Assembly (NCBI GenBank): GCA_031291955.1
Contig: JARLIA010000005.1
Location: forward strand, 9,214-73,213
Length of the DNA stretch: 64,000 nt
Direction: 5' to 3'
Source of the DNA: Minisyncoccota bacterium
Lineage (GTDB): Bacteria > Patescibacteriota > Minisyncoccia > Moranbacterales > UBA2206
Below are positions 58,366 through 64,000 of this stretch, piece after piece. Position numbers and translations under genes: made by a program. Within the stretch, counting starts at the first letter, position 1, and each line of letters starts with the position of its first letter. The notes under the pieces were generated by a model. That model did not search any database. It had not been told where the DNA came from and was given only the letters and a program-made list of their open reading frames with translations.

Positions 58366-58394
58366 ATTATCATTTTAACATATTAACATTTAAA

Positions 58395-58555
58395 CAAAAA
58401 CCGCCGACAGAAAGTCCTTGGCGGATGATTTTCCTCTTATCTCACCTCGCCGAAGCTTTAGCGCAGGCGGGTCGGTATGTCTTAGCATACCGGTCCGCTT
58501 CTGTCCAAAAGACTACAGCGTGACAAGCGAGAGGAAAGTGGGACTTTCTAGGTTG
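58395..58555 (-). ncRNA. Candidate structured RNA upstream of rpsF (6S-like rod or leader)
   Basis: Promoter TTGACG-17-TACAAT at 58589-58561; nested pairings AGAAAGTCC/GGACTTTCT, TTTCCTCT/AGAGGAAA; ends CCGCC..GGCGGTTTTT. Confidence 0.5.
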
Positions 58556-58700
58556 GTTAAATTGTAGTTGTTATTTCGCTATCCGTCAATATTGACAGGA
58601 AATGTCTTTTGTGATAGGGTGATATGATTGCTGGAAATGACCGGCAATCGAGGAAAAAGAAGTTTTTTTAAAACATTTTTTAAGAAAAAAGGAGAAAACG

Positions 58701-59726
58701 ATGAGTAACGCCATCGGAGCAGAAGCGGCCAAATTGGCTGGTCTGCAAATCGACACACTTACAAAGCTCCGCAAGGGGGAAGTGACTCTTAGTGAGTGGG
58801 AATGGTTTCTTAATCTCACTAAAGAAAAGCGGAACGAGCTCTCAGGGATTTCCGTCCCTGCAAAAAACCTCAACCTAAAAAAGTTTCTGATCTGGCTCAA
58901 AAAAAATGAACTGGAACAGAAGCTTCCGGGTGGATTGATAGAGCAGATTGCCGAACAGGAAATTTTCTATCGCCGGTTTTATGGTTCGGATTTCCGTATC
59001 GACCTTAAGAAAATCTCCATCAATCCTCGCAGGTTGCCGGCTATCAAGGCCGGACTGGAAGCGGGCTGTGTCAACTACGCGCTCGTCAAGGCCACGCCAG
59101 TTTTATTTGGCGCTCAACCACTGATGACTGGCGCGGAGTTTTTTTATGAACTGATCGTAAAATGGCTTCGGAAAGAGGACTTTAAAATTTGGGCGGAGAC
59201 CGGCACAGATCGGTGGACGAAACTCACTCTTTTGGAGTTGCTCCAGCGATGCCATCCCGTTGAACCGGAAGTCTTCAACGGAGAAGCCTTCAAGGTCGAC
59301 TGGGCGAAGGAAGAAATACGTGTCATTGACAAAATAGTGCCTTCGTCCAAGGTGATGACCGGCATAGTTGATCTGGTTTTTACAAATGACGCCGTGGATA
59401 TCCCCGCCGACCAGACCATTGTCAACAAGGATGGTCAGATCGTGAAACTTTCTGATCGCTCGTACATTTCGGCGATCGAGCAGAAAGTGCGAGTTCTTTC
59501 GCAGGAAGAGGGAATAGTCTTGGCGAGCCAACTTTTCGCCAGAGACAAAACCTATCTCGCTCCCGATACTTGGGAGTGGAGAAGGGATGTTATCGACCAT
59601 CGTGACAAAGGCACGAGTCCCGGTGTTTCGATTGGCGTTTCCAGTTCGCACGTCGTCGAGCTCCTCCTCAGCTCCCGCGATGCCGACGGCTCCTTCGGCA
59701 GCGGCCGGTTGCGTCTCGCTCTATGA
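58701..59726 (+). CDS. DGR target protein with C-terminal variable region (CLec-like fold expected)
   Basis: Last 33 codons are the VR; TWEW motif upstream of VR and terminal GRLRLAL. Confidence 0.9.
   Translation: MSNAIGAEAAKLAGLQIDTLTKLRKGEVTLSEWEWFLNLTKEKRNELSGISVPAKNLNLKKFLIWLKKNELEQKLPGGLIEQIAEQEIFYRRFYGSDFRIDLKKISINPRRLPAIKAGLEAGCVNYALVKATPVLFGAQPLMTGAEFFYELIVKWLRKEDFKIWAETGTDRWTKLTLLELLQRCHPVEPEVFNGEAFKVDWAKEEIRVIDKIVPSSKVMTGIVDLVFTNDAVDIPADQTIVNKDGQIVKLSDRSYISAIEQKVRVLSQEEGIVLASQLFARDKTYLAPDTWEWRRDVIDHRDKGTSPGVSIGVSSSHVVELLLSSRDADGSFGSGRLRLAL
59624..59723 (+). repeat. DGR variable repeat (VR)
   Basis: Ungapped 100-bp match to 60055-60154; 18 mismatches, all opposite TR adenines. Confidence 0.97.
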
Positions 59727-59740
59727 TTTCGGGTTCAGAT

Positions 59741-59782
59741 TTCCCGCCGCAGGCGGGAAGGATTTTCTCGCGAAGCGAGAAA
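59741..59782 (+). other. Two tandem DNA hairpins 3' of VR/IMH
   Basis: TTCCCGCC-GCA-GGCGGGAA and TTTCTCGC-GAA-GCGAGAAA, 8-bp stems with GNA loops. Confidence 0.85.
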
Positions 59783-59802
59783 GGATTCCGGATTGATTCT
59801 TC

Positions 59803-59831
59803 ACCCCGCAGAAACATTGCGGGGTTTTTTT
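59803..59831 (+). terminator. Intrinsic terminator of the target gene
   Basis: CCCCGCA..TGCGGGG followed by a T run. Confidence 0.8.
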
Positions 59832-60054
59832 ATATCAAAATATTCTTGAGAGGAAAAAAATATGCTAGAATAACTTTGAGTTCAGCAGGATTTTCGTACG
59901 CGGAATCCTCCTCATACAAAACCCGAAGTTCAGCGCGGTTTCAGGGACGGAGAAAAATTAAATTATGTTAGCGTCCAAACGGAGTTCCGAAACAACGGAA
60001 TATAAAAAGAAGAGCGATCTTCTTTTTGAAATCAAGGACGGAACAGCGCTATTT

Positions 60055-60154
60055 TGTTTCGATTGGCATTTCCAATTCGAACGACAACGAGCTCAACCTC
60101 AACTCCCACGATGCCGACAACTCCAACAGCAACAACCGGTTGCGTCTCGCTCTA
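60055..60154 (+). repeat. DGR template repeat (TR)
   Basis: 27 adenines, nine AAY codons in the VR reading frame. Confidence 0.97.
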
Positions 60155-60548
60155 ACACTTCGGGCCTTTTGTTTTCAGCCACTTTCCGATATCTTTTCCA
60201 ATGGAAGCGATAATTTCAAAATGAGCCGAATACCAACCACGGGAAATTAATTTTTTATCCACAGAGATTCGCAAAGATTTTTTAAATAAGTCAAAATTAG
60301 CGCTGGCTAAAGAGAGGTATGTCGGGCTATAAATCGAAATTAATGCGGCCTTGTGTGCATCGTTAAGAAATTCTAAAATTTCTTTTCCCAAGAGATTTTT
60401 ATCTAGTTTGGGAAAATTTTTCACGCTGTCATAACAATCTGAATATAGTTTTTCGAGATTGATAAATAATCTAGGTTTGTTATCTTTATGAACAACATCA
60501 GTGCCGGAAACTCCGTTGGGGGGGGGCTTTAAAAGGAACGTTTGTCAT
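60152..60548 (-). CDS. avd: Avd-like four-helix-bundle accessory protein; ATG at 60548 is frameshifted at the C9 tract (track ORF 60152-60424)
   Basis: FPKLDKNLLG..LRISVDKKLI..IGKDIGKWLK pattern; frame open to 60544 including helix-1-like PRLFINLEKLYSDCYDSV. Confidence 0.8.
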
Positions 60549-61538
60549 AGTATTTTCGATGAAATTATTAGCCTGGAAAACTTATTTCTGGCTTGGCGGG
60601 AATTTCGAGAGGGGAAAAGAAAGAAACCGGATGTTCAAAAATTCGAGTTCGATCTCGAAGATAAGCTATTTCAGTTGCACCGTGAATTAAAAGATAAAAC
60701 CTACAAACATTCCCATTATACCGCGTTTAACGTCTGCGATCCAAAACTGCGGCGGATTCATAAAGCGTGCGTCAGAGATCGCGTTCTTCATCACGCTATT
60801 TTTCGAATCATTTATCCTATTTTTGACAAGACTTTCATTTTTGATTCCTATTCCTGTTGAAGCGAAAAAGGAACGCATCGAGCAGTTTTAAGATTGGAAC
60901 AATTCTGCCGAAAGGCTAGCCGAAATAATCATAGAAATATTTTTGCGCTTAAATTAGATATTAAAAAATTCTTTAATTCCATCGACCAAGAAATATTATT
61001 GAAGCTTATTCAAAAGAAAGTTGATGACAAAGATGCCGTTTGGCTGGTTGAGAGGATAATTGGAAGTTTCGAACCGGGCTTGCCACTGGGAAATGTGACC
61101 AGCCAGATATTTTCCAATATTTATCTCAATGAACTTGATTGGTTCATCAAGCACAAATTAAAAATCAAATATTATCTACGTTATTGCGATGATTTTATAA
61201 TTTTGTCTGAAGATAAAGAATGCTTAGAAAAATTAATCCAGAAAGTTGGCGATTTTTTGGAAGAAGATTTAAAATTAACGCTCCATCCTGATAAAATAAT
61301 AATCAGGAAATGGAAACGGGGGATTGATTTTTTGGGTTACGTCGCTTTGCCGCATTATCGGGTATTGAGAACAAAAACAAAGAAAAGAATATTGAAAAAA
61401 ATTAAACAAAAAAAGTTAAGTCTGGACAAAAAAATGATTTCTCAAAAATCTTTCGAGACTAGCGTGCAATCATATTTTGGCGTTTTGAAACATTGCCGGG
61501 GATATAAAATCAAGAAAAAAATCAATTTTATATCTTAA
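60488..61538 (+). pseudogene. DGR reverse transcriptase interrupted by in-frame TGA (60858-60860); ATG 60488 frameshifted at G9 (alternative in-frame GTG 60501)
   Basis: ISLENLFLAW, DPKLRRI, RDRVLHHA, DSYSC*..KGTH, KLDIKKFF, GLPLGNVTSQIFSNIYL, RYCDD, GIDFLGY; both fragments in one frame. Confidence 0.92.
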
Positions 61539-62592
61539 ATTCAATCACATCCCCATCCTGCACGATATATTCCTTCCCTTCCAGCCGCAATCTACCCATT
61601 TCTCTGGCTTTGCTCCACGAGCCGATTTCGAGCAGTTTATCCCAAGCAATCACTTCGGCGCGGATGAAGCGGTCTTTGAAATCATTGTGGATGGCGGCAC
61701 CAGCCAATGGAGCGGTCGAATCCTTTTTGATGGTCCAAGCACGCGACTCGTCTTCGCCGGTGGTGAGGAAAGTAATCAATCCCAAGGTGTAATATGCTTT
61801 GACGATGAGCGCTTCCAAATTTGATTTGATTTCCAATTCGGCCGCTTCTTCGGCGCTCATTTCCAACAATTCTTCTTCGATTTTAATGTCTAAACATAGA
61901 TGATTAAATTTCTTCAATTCTTCCGGTAGGGACAGGTCGCGACCTGTCCCTACCGGAGAATCGGATACGTTAAAAACATAAATAAACGGTTTCATGGTCA
62001 GCAGTGACAATTCGCGGATGATCTGTCCGGTGTTTTCTTCTGTTAGATCCAGGGAAACGGCATTGGCTAATTTTCCTTCTTCCAATATTTTCTGGATCTT
62101 ATCAACCGCCTCCAGCTGCATATCAGCTCCCTTTTTGTTGCTGCGGACATCTTTTTCCAAACGCGTTTTCACCTTTTTGACCGTTTCCAAATCGGCCAAA
62201 ATCAGTTCGGTATTAATCACCTCGATGTCGCTCGTCGGATCGATCTGATTATGGACGTGAATAATATTCGGATTTTGGAATGCCCGCACCACTTGGACAA
62301 TGGCGTCCACCTCGCGGATGTTGGCCAGGAATTTGTTGCCCAAGCCTTCGCCGGTGGCGGCGCCTTTCACTAGTCCCGCGATATCCACGAATTCCACCAC
62401 GGCCGGTACGATCTTTTTCGATTTTGACATCGCGGCCAATTTTAAAAGGCGTTCATCCGGGACTTTGACGATGCCGACGTTCGGTTCAATGGTGCAGAAC
62501 GGATAGTTATTGATGTCCACTGGTGTCCGGGTGAGCGCCTTAAACAAGGTTGATTTTCCGACATTGGGAAGGCCGACGATGCCGATTTTCAT
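61528..62592 (-). CDS. ychF: Redox-regulated ATPase YchF
   Basis: [44 protein letters not shown]. Confidence 0.98.
   Translation of the reverse strand: MKIGIVGLPNVGKSTLFKALTRTPVDINNYPFCTIEPNVGIVKVPDERLLKLAAMSKSKKIVPAVVEFVDIAGLVKGAATGEGLGNKFLANIREVDAIVQVVRAFQNPNIIHVHNQIDPTSDIEVINTELILADLETVKKVKTRLEKDVRSNKKGADMQLEAVDKIQKILEEGKLANAVSLDLTEENTGQIIRELSLLTMKPFIYVFNVSDSPVGTGRDLSLPEELKKFNHLCLDIKIEEELLEMSAEEAAELEIKSNLEALIVKAYYTLGLITFLTTGEDESRAWTIKKDSTAPLAGAAIHNDFKDRFIRAEVIAWDKLLEIGSWSKAREMGRLRLEGKEYIVQDGDVIEFKI
61922..61957. repeat. Perfect 36-bp GTAG-type palindrome inside ychF
   Basis: TCCGGTAGGGACAGGTCG|CGACCTGTCCCTACCGGA; encodes [12 protein letters not shown]. Confidence 0.9.
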
Positions 62593-62728
62593 AGAAGTTG
62601 ATTATTGTGGGTGATGCTATTACCATATAATAGTATTATGATTGAGGCAAATAGTGTGAAATTTTAAATTTTAAATTTAAAATCAAATTAAAATTCATTT
62701 CAAATTTATAATTTAAAATTATCTCGCC

Positions 62729-63274
62729 ATGCTTCTTAAACGCAGCTTCTACAATCGCCACACTCTCCAGGTCGCCCGCGATCTCTTGGGCTGTTTTTTG
62801 GTAAGAAAATACAAAGGGAAAATTATCCGTGCCATGATCACCGAAACGGAAGCTTATCGCGGGGAATATGATCTGGCCAGTCACGCTTCCAAGGGACGGA
62901 CGGAAAGGACAGAAGCCATGTATGGTGCGCCGGGCCATGCCTATATTTACATGATCTACGGAATGTATTTTATGTTGAACGTCGTGACGGAAGAAAAAGA
63001 TTTTCCGGCGGCGGTCTTGATTCGTGCTGTTAAAACCGTAGGGGGCAAAAATTTTTGCTCCCTACGGCTGGATGGGCCGGGGAAATTAACGAAATATTTA
63101 CATATTGATAAATCCCTGAACGGCCACAATCTGACCCGCGGCGATAAATTGTGGATTGAATGTCCGGCGGAGAAGAAGAAATATAAAATAACAAGATCCC
63201 CGCGGCGGAGGATCGAGTATGCCAAACATTGTAAGGATTGGAAATGGAATTTCCAGATTAGCGCATTGGACTAG
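62729..63274 (+). CDS. DNA-3-methyladenine glycosylase (MPG/AAG family)
   Basis: VARDLLG, ITETEAY, YIYMIYGMY..LNVV, AVLIRA, GPGKL. Confidence 0.95.
   Translation: MLLKRSFYNRHTLQVARDLLGCFLVRKYKGKIIRAMITETEAYRGEYDLASHASKGRTERTEAMYGAPGHAYIYMIYGMYFMLNVVTEEKDFPAAVLIRAVKTVGGKNFCSLRLDGPGKLTKYLHIDKSLNGHNLTRGDKLWIECPAEKKKYKITRSPRRRIEYAKHCKDWKWNFQISALD
63036..63067. repeat. GTAG-type palindrome inside the glycosylase gene
   Basis: CCGTAGGGGGCAAAAA|TTTTTGCTCCCTACGG, one mismatch; encodes VGGKNFCSLR. Confidence 0.85.
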
Positions 63275-63585
63275 CTGAGCAACAATTCCTCAACTCTTTC
63301 GGCTAGAAATTTCGCTTTCCCTTTTTCCAAATTTTCCGCTTCTTCTTCTGTTTTGGCGGCGGATAGTTCTCCTGCCCATTTGTCCTTATATACCCTTAAG
63401 GCGTAAGCGATCTTTTCTCCCAGTTCATCGTCGCTTAGTTCTTTGGCGGTCACTGATTCGTTTTCTTTTAGCAGAGCAAGAGTTTTTTCCGTAATTCTGC
63501 CCCAGACGGTCACTTCTGGGACGTCGCTTTCCCTGTACTGTCGGCTGGGCATTTTCTCTTTTCTGCCGAAGCTCATATTTTCCAT
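63271..63585 (-). CDS. Hypothetical protein
   Basis: 104-aa charged ORF filling the gap between neighbours. Confidence 0.6.
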   Translation of the reverse strand: MENMSFGRKEKMPSRQYRESDVPEVTVWGRITEKTLALLKENESVTAKELSDDELGEKIAYALRVYKDKWAGELSAAKTEEEAENLEKGKAKFLAERVEELLLS

Positions 63586-63709
63586 ATGGATTTTTATTAA
63601 GGTTTAACAAATTCATTTTCTCATACGCCCGCTTTTGTGTAAAGCCGGCTCAATTGGAAATTTAGAGCGGATTTTGCTAGAATAAAGAGGTAATTGGTAA
63701 TTTATATTT

Positions 63710-64000
63710 ATGGAAAAAACCATCAATGCGTCAATTTTTAAGGCGTATGATATTCGGGGAATTTATCCGCAAGACATGGACGAGAAAACGGCCTATAACA
63801 TCGGTCGCGCGTTAGTGGTCCACACCCGGGCCAAAAAAATTTCGGTCGGATATGACATGCGGACCTCGTCGCCGGCTTTGGAAGCGGGACTGATCAAGGG
63901 CATAATCGACCAGGGCGCCGATGTAGTGAAAATCGGATTGGCCAGCACTCCCTTGGTTTATTTCTCTTCCTGGAATTTAGATGTGGACGCGGCGGTCGCC
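63710..64000 (+). CDS. Phosphomannomutase/phosphoglucomutase (5' part)
   Basis: Manual translation MEKTINASIFKAYDIRGIYP..VGYDMRTSS..IGLASTP. Confidence 0.92.
   Translation, partial: MEKTINASIFKAYDIRGIYPQDMDEKTAYNIGRALVVHTRAKKISVGYDMRTSSPALEAGLIKGIIDQGADVVKIGLASTPLVYFSSWNLDVDAAVA

Larger units (their letters stand above)
58701..61538 (+). mobile_element. Diversity-generating retroelement (target/VR, hairpins, TR, antisense avd, RT)
   Basis: All canonical components within 2.9 kb; adenine-specific TR/VR divergence. Confidence 0.96.

Noticed and set aside
59965-60250. ORFs 59965-60213 and 60026-60250 as proteins
   Set aside because: They are translations of the stop-poor TR and its leader
60858-60860. 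UGA recoding (genetic code 25, or selenocysteine) explaining the RT stop
   Set aside because: Many intact genes here end in TGA, long genes have no internal TGA, and the position is normally Arg (CGA)
60488-61538. Group II intron or retron RT
   Set aside because: Short RT with no maturase/endonuclease extension, adjacent Avd-like gene and an adenine-specific TR/VR pair indicate a DGR

Overview
A 64-kb chromosomal segment of a small-genome bacterium. Gene content, weak Shine-Dalgarno use and repeat types suggest a Patescibacteria/CPR (Parcubacteria-like) organism; this is an inference. TGA acts as stop in intact genes. From left to right: (1) redox, metal and stress genes (trxA, csoR-like, VOC, ZIP, DEAD helicase, ABC-F, csp); (2) a ~14.5-kb accessory region downstream of tRNA-Asn, punctuated by four degenerate att-like copies of the tRNA 3' end and a serine-recombinase remnant, with RND/ABC efflux, MarR, DipZ and a B12 radical SAM as cargo; (3) a long + strand block of secreted and surface proteins, including a cohesin/dockerin/split-FN3 cluster; (4) translation genes (rplT, rpmI, infC, ssrA, smpB, efp, rpsR, ssb, rpsF); (5) a complete diversity-generating retroelement (DGR) between rpsF and ychF. 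In the DGR, VR (59624-59723) and TR (60055-60154) differ at 18 of 100 positions, all TR adenines. The avd gene is antisense and overlaps the RT 5' end head-to-head. A shared G9 tract puts both natural ATGs out of frame, and a G8 tract would restore both. The RT also carries an in-frame TGA at a normally Arg codon. Palindromic elements are inserted in-frame in several housekeeping genes. All product calls come from motif recognition by eye; no database searches were run.
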